Below, in pieces: positions 1-9,534 of a stretch of DNA of 45,576 nt. Position numbers and translations under genes: made by a program. The first letter of the stretch is position 1. Each line of letters starts with the position of its first letter. Origin of the DNA: Oscillospiraceae bacterium (GTDB taxonomy: Bacteria; Bacillota; Clostridia; Oscillospirales; Ruminococcaceae); the NCBI GenBank assembly GCA_017421095.1, contig JAFQMB010000142.1, positions 1 to 45,576 of the forward strand. Reading direction: 5' to 3'. The notes beneath the pieces are model-generated. The model searched no databases. It was not told the DNA's origin and worked only from the letters and a program-made list of their open reading frames with translations.

Positions 1-3000
1 AAAAACACAGTCGGCAACCCCCTGCAGCACCATCTCTTCTTTGGAATCGGTTTCAAAATCCACCAAAGAAAGGGGCAGCCGAAAGAGCAATCGCTGCTCT
101 TTATAAATTTTTCCCTTGATCATCCGTCCCACCAAATCGCTGCCGAAAAAGGCGGCAAGGTTGGCTCGCGGAACGGCCGAAATTTCCTTTTCGGTCAAAA
201 TTCCCCGCCGGGTAAGGCGCTGCAATTCTTTTTCCAAATCGGCTCTTGCGGCGGCAAAATCGATCTTTTCCAACACCAGATGGGCCATGGTTCCCCTTGC
301 GGCGGCAGAGATCTTTTCTTCACTCAAAAAGCCGGGACGGGGCAGTTTTGCGTCCACCGGATAAGATTCCAGTTTTTCGCCCGCCGCTTCCTTTTTCAGT
401 TGAGAAACGCTTCGCTTGGCCGGCGTACTCACCGCCGTCAGATGAGGATAGACAAATTCCATCTGCAAGCGGATTTGCTCCTCCTCTGCAGGATCGGGTT
501 CAAAAGTCGGTAGCTTTTTAGGCTCATTTTTCACATCCTTTATATCGGATAGCACACCTTCTTCATAAAAGAAGACCGTGAACCCCTTTTGCTTCTGCGC
601 TCCGGTCAGATCCGGTTCCTCCGCCATGGCGGTACAAAACAAACTCAAGGGATCATAACAAGCGGCAACCGTATGCCGCAGATCCGGATAAAACAGACGG
701 GCGGCGTCCTGCCGGTTTTGCACCTCTTTTTCCAGATCCTTCCCTGCCGCCACCAAATATAAACGCTCTTTGGCACGGGTCAGCGCCACATAAAGCACCC
801 GAATTTCCTCGCTTCTCTCTTCCGAGCGCATCAAACGGGCGGCCATTTTATGGGGCAGTGTGTCATATTCCCGATGAATTTCCGGAATGCGCCCCTTCAG
901 GCAGACCCCCAGTTTTTCGTGTACCAGCGCGTTTTTGTTGGAATCCTGCATATTGAATTTCTTTTGCAGATCCGCAAGGAAAACAATAGGGAACTCCAAC
1001 CCTTTGGATTTATGGATGCTCAAAATCCGGACACAACTTTCGTTGCCAAAGGAAAGGGCGGTTTCGGGCTTGATCTCTTTTTCCTGCCAATCGGCCAAAA
1101 GCCGCACAAACCCGGAAAGCCCCAAATAGCCCCCGTTTTCTCTTGCGGCAGCCAGGCTCAAAAGCTGACGAACCCTTGCCACCCGTTCGGCCCCGCCGCT
1201 CATCACCGCCAAAAGGTTTTCCAAATCGGTTTCTTCCAAAATGCGGCGAATCATCTCCTGGGCGGTCAAACAGGAAGCCTGCAACCGCCAAAAACGCAGA
1301 CGGCTTAAAAATTCTTTCACCTTTTCCTGCAAATCCTTCTTATCGCCGGACGCGGCAAAGGCATTCAAACGGACATAAAGCCCTCTCACACTACCGGTTT
1401 CCTTTTTATCCCAGGCGGTAATCTGCGCCAACTGGGTGGCGGTGAAATGGAAGACCGGGCCGGTCATGGCTGCGGCCAAGGGCAGATCCAAAAGGGGATT
1501 GTCAATGGCCTGCAACAGAGAAAAGAGGAAGGAGATCTCTTTGGTTTCAAAAAAGGCATCGCCGCTGTCGGCAATGGCACCAATCCCTCTTTTAGCCAAC
1601 TCTTTGAGATAGACCGAGGCCTTGTTTTTTACCGAACGCAGCAGAATGGCAAAATCCGAAGGACGGCAGGGGCGATACACCCCCCGGTCATAAACCTCGA
1701 TGCCCTTTTCCAGCATTTTTTCAATTTTAGCGGCAATAAATTCCGCCTGCACCTCTGTTGCCGAGTGCTCCTTCGTTTCCAAAAAGAAACAGGAAACCAT
1801 CTCTTCGTCTTTTTCGGGATAATCGGCGGCGGGAACAAGGGCATCCTCTTCCCCATAATCCAATCCCCCGTTTTCTCGGGTCATAATCGCCGAAAAAATC
1901 CGGTTGATAAAATCGGTGATCTCTTTTCTGGAACGGAAATTCTTGCCCAAAATAATCTTGGCAGGGAATGCGCTTCCCGGGGCATAGGGGGTATAGCGCT
2001 CTTTCTTTTCGGCAAACAAAGAAGGGTCTGCCAAACGGAATCGATAGATCCCCTGTTTCATATCCCCCACCATAAAGCGGTTTTGATCCTTTTTGGAAAC
2101 GGCGCGGAAGATGGCCTCCTGCACCCCATTGATATCCTGATATTCATCCAGCAAAATCTCATCATACCCGGCGGCAATCTGTTTGGCCAAAGAGGAAGGC
2201 TGATGGCTGCCGTCCGGCCTTTTTTCTGTCAAAAGGGCCAAAGCACCGTGTTCCAAATCGTTAAAATCCACCAACTGCCGTTCTTTTTTCTTTTCGGCAT
2301 ATCGGTCGGCCAGATCCTTGACCACATCAAACAGCCTCCGGACACCATCCGAATCCAGTAACATCTGAGCCCGATATTCCTCCGGGCTTTGTACCACAAT
2401 GTTTTTCCAATTTTGATAGATCTTTTTCAGTTCATCCCGTCTGTCTTTGCAATTTTCTCTGACTTCAGGCAACAGATTTCTCACCGTCACCAACCGCGGA
2501 TGGGTATATTCCTGCAACGCCGCATAAAAAGCCTCGGCATCCTTGTTTTGGATGGCCAAAAGAACCCTTTTTGTCGCCGCAAGATCCGCCACAAACGGCT
2601 CGTGATAGCCCTTTTGCATCAGATCTTCATAGGTAGCGATCTCATCAAGCAAAGATTCATATTCCGTTTCCAGAAAAACAAAATCCGATTCCGCCAACGA
2701 AAACACCGTCTGCCAGATCACAGAATCTTCCGCCGATCGGGAATCGGTGTAAAGGGAAAGTTTCTCCTCCAACCATTCTTCCGGCCAGGGGCAGCTCATC
2801 AAAAGCCGATAAAGCCGCTCCACCAATTCCGAGAGGGCCTTGTCATCCGCCCCTTTTCCCAAAGAGGCCGCAAGACGGGAAAAATTTCCCGATTCATCCG
2901 CCGCAAAGGCCGCTTCCAGCGCCTCATCCAGGGCAAGAGAAAACAAACTGCTCTGTTCCATCCCATCTGCCACCCGAAAGGTGGGATCCAGCCCGGTGAG

Positions 3001-3345
3001 ATGAAAATGCTCCCGCATCAGTTTCAGGCAAAAAGAATGGACGGTGCCGATCTGCGCGGTAGGCAAAAGAACCTGCTGACGGCGAAGAAAATGATCCTGG
3101 GGATGCTGCAAAATCCGGGCGGAAAGGGCGGCGGAAATGCGCTCGCGCATCTCGTTTGCCGCATCGTTTGAAAAGGTGCAGGCCAAAATGCGGTCGATGG
3201 AGGTGGGAGCGATGGGATCAATCAGCTTTTCCAACACCCGCTGGGTCAAAACGGCGGTTTTTCCGCTTCCTGCGGCCGCCGAAACCAACAGATTGCCGCC
3301 CCCGGCATAAATGGCATCCTTTTGTTGTTCGGTCCAGTTTCTCAC
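1..3345 (-). CDS. addA: ATP-dependent helicase/nuclease subunit A (AddA), C-terminus cut by window edge
   Basis: Absent from the ORF track because no stop lies inside the window. The reverse complement of 3345-3241 reads GTG-RNWTEQQKDAIYAGGGNLLVSAAAGSGKTAVLTQ, a UvrD-type N-terminus with a Walker A motif. The reverse complement of 60-1 reads DFETDSKEEMVLQGVADCVF, a RecB-type nuclease motif, in the same frame. The GTG start overlaps the addB TGA stop (GTGA). Confidence 0.9.
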   Translation of the reverse strand, partial: MRNWTEQQKDAIYAGGGNLLVSAAAGSGKTAVLTQRVLEKLIDPIAPTSIDRILACTFSNDAANEMRERISAALSARILQHPQDHFLRRQQVLLPTAQIGTVHSFCLKLMREHFHLTGLDPTFRVADGMEQSSLFSLALDEALEAAFAADESGNFSRLAASLGKGADDKALSELVERLYRLLMSCPWPEEWLEEKLSLYTDSRSAEDSVIWQTVFSLAESDFVFLETEYESLLDEIATYEDLMQKGYHEPFVADLAATKRVLLAIQNKDAEAFYAALQEYTHPRLVTVRNLLPEVRENCKDRRDELKKIYQNWKNIVVQSPEEYRAQMLLDSDGVRRLFDVVKDLADRYAEKKKERQLVDFNDLEHGALALLTEKRPDGSHQPSSLAKQIAAGYDEILLDEYQDINGVQEAIFRAVSKKDQNRFMVGDMKQGIYRFRLADPSLFAEKKERYTPYAPGSAFPAKIILGKNFRSRKEITDFINRIFSAIMTRENGGLDYGEEDALVPAADYPEKDEEMVSCFFLETKEHSATEVQAEFIAAKIEKMLEKGIEVYDRGVYRPCRPSDFAILLRSVKNKASVYLKELAKRGIGAIADSGDAFFETKEISFLFSLLQAIDNPLLDLPLAAAMTGPVFHFTATQLAQITAWDKKETGSVRGLYVRLNAFAASGDKKDLQEKVKEFLSRLRFWRLQASCLTAQEMIRRILEETDLENLLAVMSGGAERVARVRQLLSLAAARENGGYLGLSGFVRLLADWQEKEIKPETALSFGNESCVRILSIHKSKGLEFPIVFLADLQKKFNMQDSNKNALVHEKLGVCLKGRIPEIHREYDTLPHKMAARLMRSEERSEEIRVLYVALTRAKERLYLVAAGKDLEKEVQNRQDAARLFYPDLRHTVAACYDPLSLFCTAMAEEPDLTGAQKQKGFTVFFYEEGVLSDIKDVKNEPKKLPTFEPDPAEEEQIRLQMEFVYPHLTAVSTPAKRSVSQLKKEAAGEKLESYPVDAKLPRPGFLSEEKISAAARGTMAHLVLEKIDFAAARADLEKELQRLTRRGILTEKEISAVPRANLAAFFGSDLVGRMIKGKIYKEQRLLFRLPLSLVDFETDSKEEMVLQGVADCVF

Positions 3346-6300
3346 TGCCACGGGCTGCTCACCTCTTCTCCGTTCATCATCGGTTTTTGATGGGACTCTT
3401 CTGCTTGAAGCAACCGATAAAAAGCATCTTTATCCGGCTCGCTCATGGTCAGCGTTTTTTCTGCCATCTCGTTTTGGCAGATAGCTTGATAGGCGCAATA
3501 ATCGCACCGACAGCTCTTTTTGGTCACCCGGGGCAGCGCCTCGATCCGACCCTGCATCAATTGATCTGCCATTTCGCAAAGGGCCTTTTCCACATGGGCT
3601 CTGATGGCCCCGAGTTCCTGCAAGGTTGCCAGCGTTTCTTCCTTGGAATAGCCGCCGTTTTTTTTGCAGGCAGCAGGAATAAACAGTCCTTTTCCTGTGG
3701 GATCCATCCCGGAAAGCACCGCCTCATCCTGTAACACAATTCCCTGCATGGGGAACTGACGGATCACCTGCTCATCCGAAAGGGTTTCGCTCCCCTCTTT
3801 CCATTCGGGTCGGGCAGGGAAATAAAGAATACCGGCAGGGATTCGGTTGCCGTAACGCGTTTCTCCGTCCCGCCAGATGGAAAAGAGATACAAAAGCATC
3901 TGCAGATTCAAACCGTAATAGACATCCCGCAGGGCGAAATCCTTGGTGCCCGATTTATAATCCACCACCCGGATATATTTGACCCCCTTCTTTTCCATCA
4001 CATCCACCCGGTCGATCTTACCCACTACCGAAATCTCGTTGCCGCTTGGAGTGCAAAGGGTGAAGGCAGGTAATCCTTCCCTTTCGTCGCCCATGGGAAG
4101 TTCCGGATCCACAGGAACAAATTCCGACTGTTCAAATTCCAACGCCAACCGACGAATCATCAACGCCAGCGTGGACGAAATTCGGGTCAGTTTCGCCTTT
4201 TGCCGAGCAGAAAGGCTTTCAATATCACAAAAATTCTCTTTGGCAAAGGCATAGACCTTTTCCTTGCAAAAGGCCTTGATTTCGGCTTCGGAAAGGGCGA
4301 TCAGCCCATCGCCGCCAAATTCCCGAACAGCATCTTCCAACACGCTGTGAATGAGATTTCCGGCCTCCAGCGGAGCGATCTCTGCCTTGCGGCGCTCTTT
4401 CAAAAAGAGGGCATATTCCAAAAAATAAGAAAATTTACAACCGTAAAACCGATCCACCCGAGAGGCACTGAGTTTCACCGGACTGCCATAAAGGGTTTTG
4501 GCCGCCTCCTGATCTTCCAATTTCCAAATTTTCGGAAGAGACGCCTCCTCCAAGGCCTCTGCGGCAGCAGGATCTATTCTTTTCAAGGCACCAAACAAGG
4601 TAGCCTCTTCTTTTGTTCCCCGGCCAAAATGGGCCGAAGCCTGGGTGCGAAGGGTTTCTTTGTTGCAAACAAACAAAACAGGATCCAGCGCCGAAGCCTT
4701 TTCTTCTTCCAGATCCCAAAAAATCTCCTTCACATTTTGCAGATATCGGCTGGGCTGCAAGGGGGCATAATTTCTGTCTGTTCCGGCATAGGTAATAATC
4801 ACCTTTTCCGAAGCAGCGGTCAAGGCGGTATAAGCCACCAGATCCTCGCGGATGGCCATGGATTCTTCCAATCCGCCCAAATCAATCTCGCATTCCAGCA
4901 AAGCGCGGCGATCTTTTGGGGTCACCAAACTTCTGTTTTCCCCCTCCAACGGCCAGCTTCCGTGTGTAAACCCGCTGACAAAACAGATTTTTCGGTTGTC
5001 GGTTCTTATGCGGTCGGCGGTCCCCAAAAGAACGCTGTCCAAGGTGTTTGGCACTTCCCCCAAGGTGTATTGGGCGATTTGCAGATCATAAAGACGGATA
5101 AAAGTGGGCAGATCCATGGATTCGTTTCCAAAATGGGCCACAAACTGATCAAACACCGCTGCCAGACAGGCATAAACTCGACGGCTTTCTTCCAGCAAAT
5201 CGGGCTCGTTCCCCATCTCTTTTGTATAATGTTCTTCCAGATGCCGCTGGACCTCTTCTTTTTCCAAAAATTCCCATATTTTTGCGGCAAAAGTTCTGCC
5301 GTCTGCCTGTTTCAAATCATCTTGCAGATGCAAAAGCGGCCCAATCAGCCCTTTTCTGACCGATTCCAAATGAGCCAGTTCCACTCGATCCCGGCTACTC
5401 ATTTCCCCTTTCATCCCACTGGGCGGAGAGAGAAAGGGCTTTTTCCAACGGCCGCGGTCGATCTGCCAGATATAGGCATAATTTTCCAATTGGCTGATGG
5501 TTTCGTCATCCAGACCGGTGGCGCCGGTTTTGACATAGCGCAAAAGATCTTCGGTTTGAAAACCATAGCGCAAGACATCCAAAAGGGCGCGCAAAAACAC
5601 CGCCAGCGGCTTGTTTGCCACCGACTCTCTTTGATCCAAAAAGAGGGGAATCTGATATTTTGCAAAGGTGTGGGCAAAAAGATCGGCATTTTCTTCCAAA
5701 GATCGGGTGATGACCACCACATCTCGGAAGCGAACCGCCTCTTTTCGAACCGCTTCCAAAATCAAAGCGCAGACGGTTTCCACCTCCTGATAAACATTGT
5801 CGCAGGCCAAAATCCGCACTCGTTTTTCGCAAGAAACCTTTTCCGGCTTCTCTTCCGATAAAAAGCCCTCTTCCAGTGCCAAAAGGGCATCGTTTTTCGC
5901 CCGCAGGTTTTTTTGCAGGAAAACGGGCGCAGCCACATCCGCACCGCATCCTCTTGCCAGAGAAAGCAGATCCTGCAGGGTTTTATGATTTTCCGAAAAA
6001 AGGCCAAATCCACCGCTTTTATCCCGTAATCCATCGGAAGTCAGCGCAACAACCACCTTTTCTGCCTGACACAGCATCACCGACAAAAGTTGACTCTGTG
6101 CTTTGGAAAACCGATCAAAGCCATCCAGATAAAAAACGCTGCCGGCAAAAAAGTTTTCCGATTCTGCCGCCTCAGAAGCACGGATCAAACAGTCTGCCGG
6201 ATCCATCACGCCCTCTTCGATCAACTGCTCATAAGAAGCATAAAGGGCCGCCAAGTCCGAAAGGCGCATTCCCATTCCCTTGGGCAGTTTGCTTGCCGCC

Positions 6301-6709
6301 TCTTCCAGTTGCAAGGGGTCACCGCACAGGCGGAAGCCTCGTCAAAAAACGCCAAAAGCTGCTCCGCAAAACCGGGGGCGGTTGCCGCCTTTTGATAAAC
6401 CTGCAAAAGATCCTGCACCGTCATCGCCGCTCTGGCCGCCAGCAGCGCCTTTCCCCCTGCATCCAAAAAGCGGGGACTTTTGCCGGCTGCTTCAAAAATT
6501 CTTGTAGCCAACCGGGTGAAAGAAAGCACCTGCAAACGGAAAAAATCCGGCCCTGCCAACTGGGATGCCAGATTGCATTCACTTTCAAAGGAAAACTGCT
6601 CGGGCACCAAAAAGACCACGTCTTTTCCTGCCGCCAAATCTTCTGCCATCTGTCGGCGCAGGGTTTCTGTTTTTCCGCTTCCGCTGCGGCCGATCACCAG
6701 TTGCAGCAT
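3342..6709 (-). pseudogene. addB: ATP-dependent helicase/nuclease subunit B (AddB), split into two ORFs by an apparent 1-nt frameshift near 6315
   Basis: ORF 6221..6709 carries the N-terminus with Walker A (GRSGSGKT). ORF 3342..6314 carries the remainder, including the C-terminal Fe-S/nuclease cysteines (CRCDYCAYQAICQ). The frames meet at ...ACAVTP / LQLEEAAS; one extra C in the CCCC run (plus-strand GGGG 6315-6318) would restore a single ORF. Confidence 0.8.
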
Positions 6710-6890
6710 CCTCTCACCCTCTTTTCTTTGTTTCTTCTACTCTATCACATTCTTTGTCCCATTTTCGGGACAAAAGTCTGTCTTTCTCGCTTGAAATCAG
6801 TTTTTTCCATTATACCACATTCTGATCTTTTTGCCTATCTGCAGACAAAATCTTTTCAAAGCCATCCAATCCTTCCGCCCATTGCCGCTC

Positions 6891-6919
6891 TTGAAATCAA
6901 GCCGAAAATGTGGTATCTT
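6891..6919 (+). promoter_or_regulatory. sigma-70-type promoter candidate (TTGAAA-17-TATCTT with TGn extension)
   Basis: TTGAAA at 6891-6896, a 17-nt spacer, then TGG-TATCTT at 6911-6919, about 30 nt upstream of the 6951 start. Confidence 0.4.
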
Positions 6920-6950
6920 TATAAAAACGTTCAAAAGGAGTGACGCACAG

Positions 6951-7628
6951 ATGGAACCCTCCCTTTACACCATACCGGTTCAGGAGATTTTTGAGCCCAT
7001 GGAAGGCTGCCCCTTCTGCCGATTGCACAGCATGTTGGAAGATCGCTGTGTGGATTATATTTTGGGTGCCGCTATGATGGAGCCCAGCATCCGCCAGGAA
7101 ACCAACCGCATGGGCTTTTGCAACGATCATCTCTCTTTGATGCTGCAGCGAAACAACAAACTGCCCTTTGCCCTTTTGATGCAATCCCATTTGGAACACC
7201 TGCAAAAAGAACTTTTGTCCGGCTCGATTTTTTCTTCTCCTGTGAAAAAGGCGGCAAAGAGCGCAGAACAGACCTGCTATGTTTGCAACCGCATCGACAA
7301 AGCCTTTGATCAGATCATGAGCAACACCTTGGTGATGTTTGAACGGGATGCCGATTTCAGAGCCCTTTTTGCCAAACAGGAACATCTCTGCCTGCCTCAT
7401 TATCGGATGTTGATGGCCAAAATCGCAACCCGCCCCAAGAAAGAGGCCGCCGCTGAGATCAAGGCCGCTCAGGCCCTTTGCAAAAAAACCCTGGATCCCC
7501 TTTGCGAGGATGTGACCCATTTCACCAAAATGTTCGACTATCGCAATCGGGGCGGAGATTGGAAAAATTCCCGGGATGCCAACGAACGGGCCACCTGGTT
7601 TTTGACGGCAAAACCACCCAGAGGATGA
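6951..7628 (+). CDS. DUF6062-like protein with two CxxC pairs
   Basis: Start taken at the ATG at 6951, preceded by AAAGGAG at 6934-6940. The translation MEPSLYTIPVQEIFEPMEGCPFC...FCNDH...CYVC...CLPHY matches my memory of the DUF6062 family common in Clostridia. The upstream part of track ORF 6831.. has no RBS. Confidence 0.7.
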   Translation: MEPSLYTIPVQEIFEPMEGCPFCRLHSMLEDRCVDYILGAAMMEPSIRQETNRMGFCNDHLSLMLQRNNKLPFALLMQSHLEHLQKELLSGSIFSSPVKKAAKSAEQTCYVCNRIDKAFDQIMSNTLVMFERDADFRALFAKQEHLCLPHYRMLMAKIATRPKKEAAAEIKAAQALCKKTLDPLCEDVTHFTKMFDYRNRGGDWKNSRDANERATWFLTAKPPRG

Positions 7629-7698
7629 CAAAATTTTACAAAAAATGAAAAAAAGCGTCTCATTTTCTGCCCAACATCAGCAGCGGATGAAGGCGCTT

Positions 7699-7774
7699 TT
7701 TTCCACATCAGGATAAATCCGGAAAATGGGTATTCCAAGCGGTTTTTTCACATTTTCCACCGAGTTTTCCACAT
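7699..7774 (+). promoter_or_regulatory. cluster of same-orientation TTTTCCAC(A) repeats (response-regulator or DnaA-box-like sites)
   Basis: TTTTCCACA at 7699-7707, TTTTTCACA at 7744-7752, TTTTCCACC at 7754-7762 and TTTTCCACA at 7766-7774. The last three are spaced 10 and 12 bp apart, just upstream of a TATAAT that has a poor -35. Confidence 0.4.
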
Positions 7775-7802
7775 CATTGGGGAATTTTTTCTCAACAAAG
7801 GG

Positions 7803-7808
7803 TATAAT
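7803..7808 (+). promoter_or_regulatory. -10 hexamer TATAAT, candidate htrA-leader promoter
   Basis: A perfect TATAAT. The expected -35 position (about 7780-7785, GGGGAA) is non-consensus, which would fit an activator-dependent promoter. Confidence 0.35.
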
Positions 7809-7986
7809 GAACTTGCAGGAAAAGGAGTGAATTTCCCCCTTTTTGGCTATACAATCTGTAATCTTCCTTCTTTTTCGGCCTGAAATTTTTGCATTTTTTC
7901 CTTCAAATTTTAAGCTGTTTTTTCATTTCAAACTCTTTTCATTCCAAATTCATACTGCTTTCATATTTTCTTTTTATACTGATCCT

Positions 7987-8026
7987 GCGCTCCTCTTTTC
8001 GGCCGAAGAGATGCGCCTGCTTTTTT
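7987..8026 (+). terminator. terminator/attenuator-like hairpin plus T-run in the htrA leader
   Basis: An imperfect hairpin, GCGCTCCTCTT-ttcggccg-AAGAGATGCGC (7987-8016), is followed by a TTTTTT run at 8021-8026 and sits 30 nt before the htrA ATG. The palindromic CGGCCG elements at about 8000 and about 8032 could pair alternatively. Confidence 0.3.
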
Positions 8027-8054
8027 GATTCCGGCCGCAAAGGAGTGTTTCCTC

Positions 8055-9434
8055 ATGTCTGAATTTGAAAAAAATCCCATCTCTGAAATGGCCGCGCCCG
8101 ATTTGGAAAACAAAGCCCAAACAGCGCCTCTTCCCGAGAAAGCCTCTTATGAAGTTTCGTTGACCGATTCCCCGGCTGCCTCCCCCGATCAAATGCTCCC
8201 CTATTCCGGCGGTTGGCAGTTTGGAAAATCCGATCTCCGGGAAACTCCCATCGCTCCGCAACCGGTTTATTCGGTGAGTGGAACAGAATCCCGGGAGAAA
8301 ACGGAATCCAAAAACAAAAAGAAAGAAAAAAAGCCTCTCAGCACCGGAAAAGCGGTTTTCCTCTGCATCTCGATTTCTTTGATCTTTTCTCTTCTTCTGG
8401 CAGGGGGCGGATATTATTATCTGCAACAGGCTTTGCAGGGCGGTCAGGTGATTCTCCAACAGAGCAATCCTCCCCTCAGCAGCGATGGCCCTGCGGCTGC
8501 CATGGATGTGGCTGCGGTGGCAAAAATCGCCTCTCCCAGCGTGGTTGAGATCACCACCGAACAGCTTGTCACCGGCAGTTTTATGCAGCAATATGTGCAG
8601 GAAGGGGCCGGCAGCGGTGTAATTATCTCGTCGGACGGTTATATCGTCACCAATAATCACGTGATCAGCGGCGCCACCACCGTCACTGTCCGCACCACAG
8701 ACGGCAAGGAATACAACGCCGTTTTGGTGGGCACCGACGTGCAAACCGATATTGCCGTGATCAAGATCGAAGCCGAAAATCTGACCGCTGCCGTTTTCGG
8801 AAACTCCGACAATTTGCAGGTGGGAGATCCCTGTGTTGCCATCGGTAATCCTCTGGGGCAGCTTGGCGGCACCGTAACCGGCGGGTTCATCAGCGCCCTG
8901 GATCGCCAGGTGACCATCGATCAGGTGACCATGCAGCTTTTACAAACCGATGCGGCAGTAAATCCCGGCAATTCGGGCGGTGGTCTTTTTGACCGAAACG
9001 GATGCCTGATTGCGGTGGTCAACGCCAAATCCTCCGGCAGCGATGTGGAAGGTTTGGGCTTCGCCATCCCCGTCTCCATCGCCCGTCCGGTCATCGCGGA
9101 TCTCATCGAACACGGATATGTGAAAGGTCGCCCGTATATGGGAATTGCCCCAGTGGATATCAACGATTCTTCTACAGCCCGTTATTATGGCGTCAGTGAA
9201 TTCGGAGTATATATTTTGAAGGTCCTTCCCGATGGCCCCGCCTCTCAAACCGACCTTCGCAGCGGCGACCGAATCGTTTCGATTGACGGGATGGAAATTT
9301 CCTCCACCGCCGATCTCACAAGTTTTCTGAGCCGCTGTTTTGTTGGACAGACCATCGAAATCGAAGTGGCCCGTGCCTTTGGCAACGAAAAAATCTCGCT
9401 CACGCTGGCGGAATCCGTTCCCGAAGAATCTTAA
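8055..9434 (+). CDS. htrA: HtrA/DegP-family serine protease (trypsin-like S1C domain plus PDZ), membrane anchored
   Basis: AAGGAG at 8040-8045 precedes the ATG at 8055. The translation has an N-terminal TM segment (AVFLCISISLIFSLLLAG), catalytic motifs TNNHV, DIAVIK and GNSGGGL, and a C-terminal PDZ-like region. Confidence 0.9.
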   Translation: MSEFEKNPISEMAAPDLENKAQTAPLPEKASYEVSLTDSPAASPDQMLPYSGGWQFGKSDLRETPIAPQPVYSVSGTESREKTESKNKKKEKKPLSTGKAVFLCISISLIFSLLLAGGGYYYLQQALQGGQVILQQSNPPLSSDGPAAAMDVAAVAKIASPSVVEITTEQLVTGSFMQQYVQEGAGSGVIISSDGYIVTNNHVISGATTVTVRTTDGKEYNAVLVGTDVQTDIAVIKIEAENLTAAVFGNSDNLQVGDPCVAIGNPLGQLGGTVTGGFISALDRQVTIDQVTMQLLQTDAAVNPGNSGGGLFDRNGCLIAVVNAKSSGSDVEGLGFAIPVSIARPVIADLIEHGYVKGRPYMGIAPVDINDSSTARYYGVSEFGVYILKVLPDGPASQTDLRSGDRIVSIDGMEISSTADLTSFLSRCFVGQTIEIEVARAFGNEKISLTLAESVPEES

Positions 9435-9455
9435 AATTTTCATCTTTTTCCTTCT

Positions 9456-9485
9456 CCGACCGGGCATCTGCCCGGTCGGTTTTTG
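9456..9485 (+). terminator. rho-independent terminator of htrA
   Basis: The stem CCGACCGGGCA/TGCCCGGTCGG is followed by TTTTT. Confidence 0.8.
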
Positions 9486-9489
9486 CATC

Positions 9490-9520
9490 AAAAAAGATCC
9501 CTGTCAAAAGGCAGGGATCT
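9490..9520 (-). terminator. rho-independent terminator of the DUF4838 operon
   Basis: A 9-bp stem AGATCCCTG/CAGGGATCT with an 8-nt loop. On the minus strand it is followed by a U-run (plus-strand A-run 9490-9494). It lies just downstream of the stop at 9535. Confidence 0.65.
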
Positions 9521-9534
9521 TTCCTCTATTCTTG

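Noticed and set aside
4200-5861. Long plus-strand ORFs antisense to real genes: 1447..2361, 2389..3171, 4200..5861, 5876..6943, 9340..10512, 13134..14897, 15163..16887, 20742..21917, 30704..31951, 32716..34344, 42226..43680 and 44297..45544.
   Set aside because: Each lies fully inside a confidently identified minus-strand gene. The translations are low-complexity (rich in F, G, Q, I, L, H), they lack RBSs and resemble no family. They are shadow ORFs produced by the codon bias of the opposite strand.
7843-8028. A 61-aa Phe-rich ORF in the htrA leader.
   Set aside because: It starts at a TTG 15 nt from the nearest AAGGAG, and its composition simply mirrors the T-rich DNA. It is treated as non-coding leader.
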